DNA of 63,211 bases, filler included, from Octopus bimaculoides (lineage: Eukaryota), in assembly GCF_001194135.2 (NCBI RefSeq). It is 5 parts of 5 records of this genome, joined end to end, with 100 filler letters (N's around TTAATTAATTAA, not from the genome) between each part and the next. Parts side by side here need not be neighbours in the genome. Positions count along the whole stretch, not along the records: positions 1 to 15,801 come from NC_068988.1; positions 15,902 to 29,334 come from NC_068985.1; 3 more parts are not named here. One strand, given 5' to 3'. The notes beneath the pieces were generated by a model. The model was given only the letters and a program-made list of their open reading frames with translations, was not told the origin of the DNA and ran no database searches. The position numbers and the translations under genes are program-made. Below are positions 13,153-27,089 of this stretch, piece by piece. Numbering within the stretch: position 1 is the first letter of the stretch; each line of letters begins with the position of its first letter.

Positions 13153-13938
13153 TACACACACACACACACACACACACACANNNNNNNNNNNNNNNNNNNN
13201 NNNNNNNNNNNNNNNNNNNNNNNNNNNNNNNNNNNNNNNNNNNNNNNNNNNNNNNNNNNNNNNNNNNNNNNNNNNNNNNNNNNNNNNNNNNNNNNNNNNN
13301 NNNNNNNNNNNNNNNNNNNNNNNNNNNNNNNNNNNNNNNNNNNNNNNNNNNNNNNNNNNNNNNNNNNNNNNNNNNNNNNNNNNNNNNNNNNNNNNNNNNN
13401 NNNNNNNNNNNNNNNNNNNNNNNNNNNNNNNNNNNNNNNNNNNNNNNNNNNNNNNNNNNNNNNNNNNNNNNNNNNNNNNNNNNNNNNNNNNNNNNNNNNN
13501 NNNNNNNNNNNNNNNNNNNNNNNNNNNNNNNNNNNNNNNNNNNNNNNNNNNNNNNNNNNNNNNNNNNNNNNNNNNNNNNNNNNNNNNNNNNNNNNNNNNN
13601 NNNNNNNNNNNNNNNNNNNNNNNNNNNNNNNNNNNNNNNNNNNNNNNNNNNNNNNNNNNNNNNNNNNNNNNNNNNNNNNNNNNNNNNNNNNNNNNNNNNN
13701 NNNNNNNNNNNNNNNNNNNNNNNNNNNNNNNNNNNNNNNNNNNNNNNNNNNNNNNNNNNNNNNNNNNNNNNNNNNNNNNNNNNNNNNNNNNNNNNNNNNN
13801 NNNNNNNNNNNNNNNNNNNNNNNNNNNNNNNNNNNNNNNNNNNNNNNNNNNNNNNNNNNNNNNNNNNNNNNNNNNNNNNNNNNNNNNNNNNNNNNNNNNN
13901 NNNNNNNNNNNNNNNNNNNNNNNNNNNNNNNNNNNNNN

Positions 13939-13978
<40 letters not shown>

Positions 13979-13990
13979 CATATATATATG

Positions 13991-14023
<33 letters not shown>

Positions 14024-14485
14024 ATAAATATATACGTATGCATATATGCATATATGTGTATGCATGTAGATATGTCTGATAGAGACAAACTGTCAGATGT
14101 GTATGTGTGTATAGTTTTTCGTCTATGTTATAGTGTTTGTGTGTGTATATCTATGTATGTAGCTTTGTGTATGTATGTATGTATGTATGTATGTATGTGT
14201 ACGTATATTTTCGTATGTACATATATATGTATGCATCTAAATGTGCGCATGCTTGTTTGTATATATATATTTGTATGTGTATATGTCTCTCGGTGCGTGT
14301 GTGTACACACACATATATGTGCACATATGCATGTGTGTGTGTGTGTGTGTCTTTGTCTGTGTGTGTGTGTGTGTGTGTATGCATATTGCCGCCTTAAGAT
14401 AAGTTCGTATCTATATCAATGAGATGTATTATACATACTGCTGACATACATACATGGCAACACACACGTTACAAGCACATACACA

Positions 14486-14517
<32 letters not shown>

Positions 14518-14706
14518 TACACACACACAACACACTCACTCAAACGCAAACATACACACACATGTATATAAGGGCATATAAACACGCAATACACAAACTT
14601 AGGCAGGTACACAGGCATACGCAATACTTATCCAACATGGCCGCCGCGATGTTTTAATCACTTCAGTATTTTACATAATTCACTAAGGTCCCCTGATATC
14701 TCTTAC

Positions 14707-14811
14707 ATAGACAGAAACATTCCCAAAGGGATTTTCACTTATCAAAGTTTTGCTGTTGGCAAGTGTTGAGGGATTGATGGAGCATCCAGCGGCAGGGTGC
14801 AGTCTGTTGTA
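14707..14811 (-). CDS. Candidate 105-nt exon (YNRLHPAAGCSINPSTLANSKTLISENPFGNVSVY), unassigned
   Basis: Acceptor ctcaccttcaccccag|, donor TAT|gtaaga; no homology recognised. Confidence 0.2.
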
Positions 14812-14838
14812 CTGGGGTGAAGGTGAGGTCGGTAGAGG

Positions 14839-14839
<1 letters not shown>

Positions 14840-14882
<43 letters not shown>

Positions 14883-15127
14883 GATACAGGGAGAGAGAGA
14901 GAGAGAGAGAGAGAGAGGGACAGACAGACAGACAGACAGACAGACAGAGACAGACAGGCGAGCAGATGGATGGATAGACAGACAGAGAGACAGACAGACA
15001 GGCAAGCAGATGGATAGACAGACAGGCAGATAGACAGACAGACATGCAGACAGACAGACAGATATGCAGACAGACAGACATGCAGACAGACAGACATATA
15101 GATAGATAGATAGATAGATAGATAGAC

Positions 15128-15189
<62 letters not shown>

Positions 15190-15315
15190 CGAGATAGACA
15201 GGGACAGACAGGCAAGCAGATGGATAGACCGAGACAGACAGACCGAGACAGACAGAGGCAGACAAACAGACAGAGAGACAGACAGACAGACAGACTATTA
15301 GATAGATAGATAGAT
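14840..15315. repeat. Layered (AGAT)n/(AG)n/(AGAC)n microsatellite
   Basis: Directly visible. Confidence 0.95.
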
Positions 15316-15665
15316 AGAATGTAAACAGGAATAGAGAATGACTGAGAGCTAATAACAGAAATAGCAGAAATTAGAGAATATTTCTCGAACAGGCTGTTCG
15401 TAAGATAAGAAAATAAACACACACACACATACACACACATTATGCTTTTATATTATAGGCGTGGTTGTGTAAGGTAGTAGCATGGCCGTGTGGTTAAGAA
15501 GTTCCATTCGCAATCACGTTGTTTCAGGTTCTGTCTCGTTGCGCCCCGTGTCAACCATTATGTTGTGAACAAATTTGTTAAACGGTAACTATGCGGAAGC
15601 CCATTGAATATATTTTTGTGTGTTGTTTGTGTGCATGCGTGCGTGCGTGCGTGCGTGCGTGCGTG

Positions 15666-15697
<32 letters not shown>

Positions 15698-15801
15698 CGT
15701 GTGTGCGTCTGTGCTTGCTTCTACTACCGGTGTTGGTTTGTTTGCGTACTCACAACATAGAAGTTCGGCAATAAACAAATAAATAAAAAAAATACGATGA
15801 G

Positions 15802-15901
15802 NNNNNNNNNNNNNNNNNNNNNNNNNNNNNNNNNNNNNNNNNNNNTTAATTAATTAANNNNNNNNNNNNNNNNNNNNNNNNNNNNNNNNNNNNNNNNNNN
15901 N
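15802..15901. other. Artificial scaffold-join spacer (44N-TTAATTAATTAA-44N)
   Basis: Exactly 100 bp; same layout at four sites; 12-mer has stops in all six frames. Confidence 0.97.
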
Positions 15902-16477
15902 GATATGCAGGGAAATGCACAACAAGAACAGATTCATAAACGTATGCATACTTATATACACTTGTACATATATACACCAACACACAAACACATGCAGCGA
16001 CACACAAAAATTCCCACGTCCACTAACAGAAATGCAGAAATATACAAACGTATAATGAAGGGCAACTAAGCACAAAGAAACATCGAGCCGTTTATACTGA
16101 GAATGATATATATCTGTGACCTTCCTAGGTCACAGCAGACACATTCTGTCACTTAATAACAAGGGAAACGAATTGATGAGAAGTAGGGAGTCACTACTTG
16201 GAAATAATAGTACAATCGTGTGATGGTTGTGATGAATATTGCGTTTGTGAGGGTGATGTTGGGGGTGAAGGACGTGGTAGCATTAGGAACGCTACTGAAA
16301 GCTGTGACGGTTCTGTTGGTGCAGATATTTAGCGAAGTGATGGTAAAGGTGAAAGTGTAACTTTTCTTTTTTCCTTTTCTTTTTTCTCTTTGCTTTAAAT
16401 CACACTGGGAATTCTTTTTTTTTCATGACGGAGGTTTTAGATTGCGACAGTATAATTTTTGCTTGTTTGTTTATTTG

Positions 16478-16518
<41 letters not shown>

Positions 16519-16884
16519 GGAGAGGATAGGGACGCTCTCATGACATTTGCAAGTCCTTTCTCAAAGTGCTTNNNNNNNNNNNNNNNNNNNNNNNNNNNNN
16601 NNNNNNNNNNNNNNNNNNNNNNNNNNNNNNNNNNNNNNNNNNNNNNNNNNNNNNNNNNNNNNNNNNNNNNNNNNNNNNNNNNNNNNNNNNNNNNNNNNNN
16701 NNNNNNNNNNNNNNNNNNNNNNNNNNNNNNNNNNNNNNNNNNNNNNNNNNNNNNNNNNNNNNNNNNNNNNNNNNNNNNNNNNNNNNNNNNNNNNNNNNNN
16801 NNNNNNNNNNNNNNNNNNNNNNNNNNNNNNNNNNNNNNNNNNNNNNNNNNNNNNNNNNNNNNNNNNNNNNNNNNNNNNNNNNNN

Positions 16885-16922
<38 letters not shown>

Positions 16923-18774
16923 GTTGTAAGGAAGGGTGATTAGACTAAACGTTTATTGTGGGTTGAAAAAGAAAAGGAATGGTTAACAATACAGAGGATG
17001 TGAGAGAAAAGAAGTGAGTTCATAGGGGAGGCTTACTGTGTAAGTTCTCTGTCTTTTTACTTCAAAGGAGTGGAGTCATTTGTGGTAAGGAGCAGAAAAA
17101 TTTTAACAAAAATGCAGACGACACAACTCGTGCATGCATCTCAGCAGTTTTAAGTGGGATGGGCGATAGTTTTGTTTGCTTTTTGCGATTTAACTGATTA
17201 ACATTTTTTGCCATATAGGCACAGACATAGCAGTGTGTTCATAACCATGTGGTCTCCGGTTCAGTTCTACTGCGCGGCACTTTGGTTGACCGATGTATGT
17301 TAAATGGAGGTGCGCTACTAATAGAAACCGAGAAGTGGCGTAGGTTTGCTTCATCGAAGCTCTTCAATGCTGTGCATCAGCTTGGCCGCAGTCCAATGAC
17401 TTAAACAAGTAAAAGATTGAAGATAAAGGATAACATCTAGTACGTGCGGCTGCGTGTATGTGAACGTGTATGCGAATGGGTGTGTGTGTGTGTGAATGTG
17501 TATGTGTGTAGTAGCATTTTTGCTGGCATGGAAGGGTATACTTATGTAGATCGTGTGTAAGGTCCCTAGAGTATGAGCAACAAATGAGTGAAGATGTTTG
17601 TATTGGTTCTGAAGTGGAACATTGCTTTTAGAATAATATTACGAGAATATTCCTATTATGAATCACCTGAAATTTCTAATGATGTGGAAGATTATAAAAT
17701 AGCCTTGTGATCTCGTCCTATTCTCTTAAATAAACAAAGGATACATTGGATAATGTATATGCATAAATGCATTTTCTCTGGCCTTGAAGAGAGAAAAAGA
17801 AAAGCAGGATGTTCACTGCTGAACAGGTTTTCATCATTGACGTACTATATCGTGATAAGTAGTATCTAAATAACAGCAGACAGTTTGAAGACTAACATTC
17901 ATAAGATATATGAGTGTCTAATCATATGATTTATACTTTACTCGTTTCATTCATTGGACTCTAGCCATCTTTGAAGGTGCGAGTCGAGCAAATGCACTAC
18001 CTTAATTTTTTTTTTTAATTTGGTACTTATTCTCCCTATATAACACTTTTGCTGAATCGCTAAGCTAAGGGATATGAAGCAACAGATCTTCAAGTGCTGG
18101 TGGAGATCAAAAACAAACAAAATATACACACCTTCACACACATTTATATATACGGACTACTCAAACACACTCAAACACACACATTTATATATACGGGCTA
18201 CTTCCAGTTTCCATTGTGCAAGGCTTAATTTTATTGTAACTACTTAGCTTATCTTTCATCTACTTAAGAGATATTTGTCACTAATACATCTCTAACTCAA
18301 AATATTGCGCCTATTTAACATAAATTTCATCTAATTTATGTGTATTTCTTATATACTTCATGTAACTAATATATATTTTCATCTACCAATAGTTACAATT
18401 GTCTGCACTATCCATGCTCAACTATATGCTTGTAGGAGAGAGATATTTGAGTATCTGAGTACTTTAAATATTATCTTCCCTATAATTATCAGCAAAGTAA
18501 AACCTTTGCTTAATCAACATGAGATATTAACCTGAAACGGATGAAAAACAATCGAACACCACAAGGAATTTTTCACCCTGTAAAAGTTTAGTTGTTATAC
18601 TAAAAGATACGCTATTCCTCCATGCAATTTGTGGCAAGAGAAATTTCTGCCTTTGGCCAAAAGGAATCTCAATTTTGTTCCTTCATGGTGTTGTTTTCCA
18701 GTTGCAAAAATCGACAGAATAGCAATTTATATTTTCTTCAATCTAAAATCAGAAAGCTTTATCGATTTCACAAT

Positions 18775-21700
18775 ACTTTAGCATATCTTTGTACACATGA
18801 TTTTCAATAAATATGAAGTTTTCATTTTTGTCGGCCAATATTTATAGACATACTTTCTTCCTAACTATTGATAATGCAACACGCATTTGTCTATAACAGA
18901 AAACTATGTAATTCAACATGCATGTGACCATCAAAGAAGACATATTTCAATCTGTTTAATTATCTGCACCTGTGCTTTGTGCATGTCAAGTCAAAGGCTG
19001 GTATGACAGTAAATTTCTTACGAGTGAATGGGAAACAGAACTTAATTTCTGAAGAAGCTTGAGGTATCGCTTGGATCAGCAGTTTCTTTGCAATATTGCG
19101 ACCCGAATATACCTCAGTTTCTAACATATGATCATGTTATGAAGTGAGCTACTGCAACGTCTATTTATGCGACCTAACATTTTCAAAAGCATGATACAAC
19201 CCTTCATTAGTGTGAGGATGAATGGTGAAATCCAAACGGAGTGAATTTGCTGATAAACTTGATTAGATATTTAATTTCATTATCGACCATTCCTGAGATT
19301 TATAAAGTCTATAATCAACTCTATAATACATTTATAAACTTTTGATCATCATTAAATTATTCATCTGTGTTGCATCATTAGTGGGAGTGATAATGTTCCT
19401 GCTTGCAATTGGATGGATTTGAGTCGCATAAACCGATTCCCACATTTCAGACAGATTACTATATCACAGCGAAAATTCATTAACAAGGAAATAATTGCAA
19501 CATGGATTCTTCAAGCCGAACTCACCGACGGGAGATCTAAGGGTAGACCAACAACAAAATTGTTGAGTAACCTTCATAGGATCAGCAAGGCAAGCCCGAG
19601 AATCCAGGACCTTATGGAGCAAGTGTCTGAGGACTTCACCCTTCACGAATGGACAGAGGAAGTGGATGGATGCATTCATTAGTCAGGATACTTTTTAAAG
19701 GATCTATACCTGGCTCATTCGGAATATTACCATTCCTTCATTAAGAGGGTTATTTATAAAATCACTTTTATTTCTGTAAGATCCCGGTAATTGATTGTCA
19801 GCTCCACTTTTACCGGACAACCAAAAGGTGAGCTCTTTTGACCATGGCCTTTTTTTTAACAAAAGCAATCTTTGTGTCTTTTCAGGAACCTATATAGATA
19901 TCATAGATGTTAAACCATCGGGTTCGAATCCTTCCTATATCTGCAGGAGAATGACATGCATTACTCTATCAGAGATGACGCGCTTGAATTTAGTGCATGG
20001 ATTCTTCAATAAAGTTCTTCCATTTTGCTCAGAAGACACGCTGGCAATTTGGCAAAGAATGCAATAGACTGGTATGTAACTTTTCCTGCAGCAGAATGAA
20101 ACCGACCTCTTCTATTCTTGATATTCTATTCATCTTTATTCTGCCTGTTTCTGGGACTGTTAGACATGCAATTGCTTCAGATGTATTTAAATTCGTATTT
20201 GCGTTTGGTCAGACTTGTCGGATCACACCGAGTTAATATAGCTTAGACTGATCTATACTAATGATAGTGTTGATATATCCTATGAATTTTACTCATAGAC
20301 TGGTTACTTCTTCATTTCTGATAACTTCTTTGTTTAAGTAAAATATATTTTTTTCTACTCTAGACACAAGGCCCGAAATTTTGGGGGGAGGGGACCAGTC
20401 GATTAGATCGAACCCAGTACGCAGCTGGTACTTAATTTATCAACCCCGAAAGGATGAAAGGAAAAATCGACCTCGGTAGAATTTGAACTCAGAACGTAAA
20501 GACAGACGAAATACCGCTAAGCATTTCGCTCGGCGTGTTAACATTTCTGCCAGCTCCCCGCCTTTTTTGAGTAAAATATTGTCGAGCATGGTTCTTAACC
20601 TGGCTTCTGTAATGTTGTTCAGTTTGAAGTATTCTATCAGTTCGCTAGTTGGATTTCCTTTCGTCTCTTCGCTCATGCTCGATAATTTGTTCTGCGAGGA
20701 TATCATTTCAAAAATGGTTGCTTTTTGGGATAACGTTGAAATTTATAAATTCTTGAAAAACAAATCATTCGCTGAGATGTGGCGCACATTTACTTTTGAT
20801 CGCATCTTGGTTATGGATATCATTGCCGAGATTTCTGATTGACGAGGAACGTTATTTTCTGTGAGACTTCTGCAATATACTTAGGCAGATACAGCACATT
20901 TTACCATTGTTTTATTTAGCCATTATCAGCGGAGAATTAATAACAGAATCTTTTCAGTATAAAATCTATGTGAACTGTTGATCATGCACTATATTATATT
21001 CTATATTTACATTTGTTACACGAAGATCAGGGTGATTCCTACGTTCTTCAACAGAATTCAGATTATTTCAGATTATTCTGTCTTTCGTGCCAGACATAGT
21101 CAATTGCAAATGTAAGTAAATAAATTGTTATTTTTCTTGTATGTAATCACATCGAATTCTAGGTGCGTAGAAGCTAGAGGAACAACATAACGAAGGAACA
21201 ACAACTTTTCGACCTCTATTGACACCGTTTCATATTGGAACAGCATCATACAGGTTCGCTGTTGGGTCCCAATTTTACTTGAGAAAGGTGAGTCATCTCA
21301 TTTTTTTTTTCTGGAGTTTGATTTGAAAGCATAATCATTGAAAGAGATGCTTCAGTCTCTTGTTTTCACTTGAAAGTTGAATGTTTTTCTTTACCCCAAA
21401 GATGTTAAACCGTGTGTAAGGAATCCTTTCGTCTTTCTTGTCTCTTCTACCGATCAATTAACAATCTAAGGTAAAAATAAAGTCATGAATACCTTTCAAA
21501 CTGTAAACAATTGTCTCTATACAAGGAATGTCTAACTTCGTAAAATGGCGCATTTAACTTCATTTATCTCCAGGCATGCTGTAGTGGCGATTCTAATGAA
21601 GGCCAAAATAGAACTATGCATGCCTACAAACGAGTAGATACTTTAAAAAAAACATTATAAGTTGCTGAAAATGCTAAAATATATAACCTCAACGCCTTCT

Positions 21701-21960
21701 TTAGTCTCTCATGCAAACCCCAAACTTTCAAACCATCTCATCTTAAGTTCATCTAGAAAGGATTGTATTCTTTCGGATGGTTCATTATGTGGGTTATATC
21801 ACGTCTTTTCTTTATTATTTTCTATTTGCGCGATAGAACTCTTACTGCATATTTTGCCTTTGTTGTGGAGAGTCTTAACAGCAAAAGCATTACTCTGAGA
21901 CTAGGAGGTTCTCTGCAGTTTGCCATACTTCGCAAAATCAACTTAAATTTCTTTATTGTT
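18775..21960 (-). mobile_element. Decayed Helitron RepHel relic (Rep region plus PIF1-family helicase), interrupted by a SINE
   Basis: Ordered minus-strand motifs with stops and frameshifts: RGRKVVVPS (21191-21217), CN..W.E (21069-21108), RNHPDL (21023-21043), QRYPKK (20721-20738), LTLMKGCIMLLK (19181-19216), FPFTRKKFTVIPAF (18993-19034), HKAQVQII, FDGHMHVEL, ENHVYKDML (18779-18805). Confidence 0.7.
20348..20562 (-). mobile_element. SINE family B
   Basis: Reverse complement of ggggagctggcagaaatgttaacacgccgagcgaaatgcttagcgg...cctttcatcctttcggggttgataaattaagtaccag. Confidence 0.9.
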
Positions 21961-22737
21961 CAACTTCAAATACAGAACATTTGTACCGTCTTTTAAATCT
22001 TAAATTACCTAACATTCTCTTTACTGCTAGGTTTTGTAACAAATACTTCAGATCGACTGCATTTATTATTAAATTACATGTATGTCCTCAGTGTTTTCTA
22101 ATTTGAGAAAAATGTTAAAATTTAATATAACAAATATTCAAATGTCGATATAAATATATATGGTATTACGATCGTGTAATTTCTTTTCCTTCATTATAGA
22201 AACGAATATATTTCCAAAGTATAATTTCCCTGATACCTCTAATCACATAAATATATTGAGCCTTAACAAATAAAAATTTCGTAACCTTTTCTAGCCGCGC
22301 GGGATTTATAAACTTATTGTGTTATGAATACAAAAATATTGTATATATTTGTATAGACTGTGACACTTTTATGGGTATTTTTAATATCATTTAGGAAATG
22401 GGATACGTTATATGTGTCTGTACGTGTGCTTGTGTGCGTGTGTCTATATATATGTATGTATGAATGTACTTATGTATATATGTATGCATACATATTTCTG
22501 TGTGTATGTACATATGTATGTGAACGTCAGTGCGTGTCATTATATGTCTCTCTATCTATCTACATACACATTCATATATAACTATTAATGTTTGTTTTAT
22601 GTTAATATGTAAAAGCAATATAGCATTAAACAGGAGAATTACTTAAGTGTTTATTTTTAGGAGAGTTAATAATTATTATCTCATCATAAAAGTCACTCAA
22701 TAGTAACTTCGAAGTCACAGCTTGTTCGCATTTATCA

Positions 22738-22900
22738 CGGGCGTGGCTGCGTGGTAAGAAGCTTGCTTCCAAACCACATGGTTCCAGTTTTAGTCCCACT
22801 GCGTGGCATGTTGGGTAAGTGTCTTCGACTATAACCTCGGGCCGACCAAAGCCTTGTGAAAGGATTTGGTAGACGGAAACTGACAGAAACTCGTTATGTG
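22738..22900 (+). mobile_element. SINE family A, 5' half, CpG-rich
   Basis: gggcgtggctgcgtggtaagaagc...cctcgggccgacc...tagacggaaac. Confidence 0.85.
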
Positions 22901-23590
22901 TGTGTGTGTGTGTGTGTGTGTGCGTGCGTGCGTGTATGTGTGACTCTTAATTGCTACTCAATTGATCGACTTCAACAGGAAAGAAATCTCCGTTCCTAAT
23001 TAAACGTATTAAATTTACGTGTTGGGTAACAAAATATCCTTCATATTTCATGTTAGACTGCGTTCGATTTCTGTGTCTGGTACTTCAGATTATACGCGTA
23101 TTTTGAGAAATCTTCTACTGAGCGGGTTTGCATGATGCCTCGTCAAATGAATTGCTCTTGCATAGATCGTTCACATAATTAGAAAGCTGGCGTCAGAACA
23201 CCGCTTGGCCGGTAGATGCCTCACACTTTGGGCCATATCAATTAACCGAGTTTTCATTTCCCTCTTAAAAATTGCTTTTTCTTTAAAAAAAGATTGTTGG
23301 TAGCTGCACTTTATCCTCTGATTAAGCAAAACAAAGGAATTTAAAACTCTAAGATGTTGTTACGGGCAGCAAACTGCCAAATATTTTGCACGTCAGATAT
23401 AGAAAACGTACCAACTTTTACGTTGTGAATTCACATCCAGCAGCAGTTAGCTCGACGTTTCATACATTCGAGGTCGAACAAATAAAGTGGCAGTGGTCCG
23501 GCGTCCGTACAGAAGAGAGTGGGGGTGATCTCAGTCACTTGTGCGCCACGGAACGCGGTAACCGGGATTTTGAGAAAATAATTTAAAAAG

Positions 23591-23641
<51 letters not shown>

Positions 23642-23642
23642 A

Positions 23643-23702
<60 letters not shown>

Positions 23703-23905
23703 CCTTTCCGCTTGAGGCACAAGGCTTGAAGTTTGTGGGGAGGGGAATAGTCCATTTCAATGACCTCAGTGTTTCACTGGTGCTTAGTTTATTGAACCCG
23801 AAATGATGAAATGCAATGCTGACCTCAGCGGAATTCGAACTCAGAACACAAAGACTGACGAAAATGCTGCTAAGCATTTTGGCAGGCGTTCTAACAATTC
23901 TGGCA
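23591..23905 (-). mobile_element. (ACT)n(AAT)n tract plus degenerate SINE family B
   Basis: gacctcagcggaattcgaactcagaac...gctaagcatttt matches family B. Confidence 0.75.
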
Positions 23906-24483
23906 ATGATTATAGGAGCCTTGCTGAGATGATGTCGATGCTGACATTACAGCTACTTGAGGAAGTGGTTGTGACGTTGTTGTTGCAGTTGATGACAGAG
24001 ATGATGTTGCTGAGGGTGAAGAATTCGGAATTGTGGTACAGGTGGTGGCGATGGTGTGGCGCAGGTTTTTTCGGTGAATGGTGTTGGTTGCGGTGCTGAT
24101 GTTAATGTCAGTTTCATCCCTGTCTCTTCAAAGGAAAAAAAAACAATTTTTAAATGTCAACCCCTACCAATATTTTCAGATTGTTACGTCTATGTATACA
24201 GCAGTAAATCGAGACGAGTGTTGGGTCAGGGATGGGAAAATATGAGCGAATTGTCGAGGTGTGATACGGCTGGGTAGGTTTGAGGTGGTTCTGTACTTAA
24301 AGTAGAACGGAACACTCGGTGCGTTTTATGCTTACTAATACAGAATATATCCAGGGGAGATAATAACAGCATTGAAACTTTTGTACGAATGCAGGTTTTT
24401 TTATTTATAGAAATTTTACATACATACATACATATATACATACATACATAAATACAAATGTACATACACATATATACGTACGC

Positions 24484-24552
<69 letters not shown>

Positions 24553-25137
24553 NNNNNNNNNNNNNNNNNNNNNNNNNNNNNNNNNNNNNNNNNNNNNNNN
24601 NNNNNNNNNNNNNNNNNNNNNNNNNNNNNNNNNNNNNNNNNNNNNNNNNNNNNNNNNNNNNNNNNNNNNNNNNNNNNNNNNNNNNNNNNNNNNNNNNNNN
24701 NNNNNNNNNNNNNNNNNNNNNNNNNNNNNNNNNNNNNNNNNNNNNNNNNNNNNNNNNNNNNNNNNNNNNNNNNNNNNNNNNNNNNNNNNNNNNNNNNNNN
24801 NNNNNNNNNNNNNNNNNNNNNNNNNNNNNNNNNNNNNNNNNNNNNNNNNNNNNNNNNNNNNNNNNNNNNNNNNNNNNNNNNNNNNNNNNNNNNNNNNNNN
24901 NNNNNNNNNNNNNNNNNNNNNNNNNNNNNNNNNNNNNNNNNNNNNNNNNNNNNNNNNNNNNNNNNNNNNNNNNNNNNNNNNNNNNNNNNNNNNNNNNNNN
25001 NNNNNNNNNNNNNNNNNNNNNNNNNNNNNNNNNNNNNNNNNNNNNNNNNNNNNNNNNNNNNNNNNNNNNNNNNNNNNNNNNNNNNNNNNNNNNNNNNNNN
25101 NNNNNNNNNNNNNNNNNNNNNNNNNNNNNNNNNNNNN

Positions 25138-25169
<32 letters not shown>

Positions 25170-25675
25170 GGATATATGGATGTCTGCCTATGTGTAGATG
25201 CATATATTTTGATATAGGTTCTCTATAAACTCGGGAAGTGCCAAATTTGAAATGTCAATTCATGGTAATATATTCCTGTATTTTGATATCAATAGACGTT
25301 TTTGTTTTATATAGTTTATATATATACTTTTATAATATTTTGTGTCTTTTGCTTGTTTTAACGTAGAAGCGTTGTATCGTTGTTAGTCTTGTTGATATTG
25401 TTGCCATTATTGATGGCGTTTCTTCTTTATTTTCTTTCTTATTTTCCCTAATGTTTATTTTTGATGTTTAACCGCAGGTCAAACCTGAATCAATACATAC
25501 ATATCATGAAATGACTTCTAACTATGGCAATCCCTTCTGCTTTAGATATTTCATATCTAGGTCTACATCCTGTGTTGAGTCATGCAACATTTGAAGATAG
25601 TGGATTGTGATTTAACGGGAAGCTCTCAACTATTACGAGTTTCTAACGAAAATATCGGGGATAAATTTATTACTA

Positions 25676-25715
<40 letters not shown>

Positions 25716-25980
25716 ATTTGGTGATGGCCATGTTGCCAGTTTAGCCAATAAAAACACACGCACTGTATGCTTGGTGTTAATTTGCTTCAGCTTTATGTTA
25801 CATTAATCGTATTTCGGCCAGAGTTCTTTCGTCACACTTTTGTGACCTCATTAGTGGTCCTTAGCTTTTTATTGGCTAAACTGGCAACATGGCCATCCCC
25901 AAATGCAACAATATCTGTTTCAACATACGGTTTCACATCAAGAATCTTGCAAAACAAATATATTTATATATACATATATA

Positions 25981-26700
25981 CAAGGGGCGGCTAAAAATTT
26001 CATAGGCTGACGTGATGCAGTTTATTTTTCAACATTTTCCTCCATGCTGACCACACAATTTTTCTATCGGTGTTCTTGTGCATGGATCCTATTTGAGTAG
26101 CTCCCATTCAGTTGCTCAAAAAGTCATAAACTGGAGATATGATGTCATCACTGTGGTACTGGTTCCCATCCAAGTGTTTTTACATGTTGCGGAATAGATG
26201 ATAGTCAGACGAGGCAAAATCAGAAGTTTAAGGTGGATGATCAACCAGTTCAAAGACATAGTCACACACAGCAGCCATTAATACTGGAGACTTTTGTGCT
26301 GGAGCATTTTCCTGTTGAAACAAGGCATCTATCGACAGTTATCTTGGGCGTTTGGCCTCGATAGTCTTTCGTAACTACCTTAGCAAATTGCCATAGTACT
26401 CAGCATTGATCGTGTACTCCTTCTGAAAATAGTCAATAAACACAATGCCTTTACATCTCTCAGAAATTCAGATCATCTTCCCTGCTGGTGACACAAACAT
26501 GGCCTTGTTTAGAGTAGGTGGAGAAAGGGTGTTTTCCACTGCATGAATTCTCTCTTTGTGGCTGAAAGTGATGGAACCAACACGCGGCCTGGCTTCGAAA
26601 ACATTCAAGGAAACCAGATAGATCTGCCTCAAACAATGTCATATTTTCCCGTGATATGATCAACTTAGAACTCTTTTGATCAGGTGTCAGATTTTGTCAT
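25981..26700 (-). mobile_element. Mariner transposase relic with one TIR
   Basis: TA + caaggggcggctaaaaattt TIR; minus translation LTPDQK...GIVFIDY...TINAEYY...QENAPAQ...HPP*TSDFASSDYHLF (decayed HDNAPAH and HPPYSPDLAPSDYHLF). Confidence 0.85.
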
Positions 26701-27089
26701 ATGTGGTGTATAATGTGTTGGGCACGTGCTGATAGGTTAGGGAAACTGGGTGTATTTCTAATAAAGTAAGGAATATCGTACGACATGACGCGGAAAATAT
26801 AAACTTAAGCATAAACTTATAGACAAAAGGAAATCAGAACACAATATTTGCGTATAAGCACAACACTTTAATAGCACTTCAATTACGTGTACTTCGATTT
26901 TGACCACTTTGTGGTGAGGCTGCAATATTAAACAGTTTTGGGCGCAAACCTATTCAGGATTGATAATAAGGAATAGAACAATCATGGCAAAATGATGGGG
27001 TTGCACACAAGACGAGTAGATTTACTAAATCAAGGAGAGAGGAATACAGGAGAAAAGAAAGAGCGTTGTAAATAAAGTATATTTGGAAA

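Noticed and set aside
15846-15857. Recurrent perfect palindrome TTAATTAATTAA (also 29379, 60147, 61930)
   Set aside because: Always centred in exactly 44+44 N: an assembly spacer, not biology
17095-17125. NADDT, like the RT YADD motif
   Set aside because: No flanking RT motifs
17800-17900. MFTAEQVFIIDVLY, reminiscent of Tc1/mariner N-terminal HTH starts
   Set aside because: Single short motif among stops; no TIR or DDE region found
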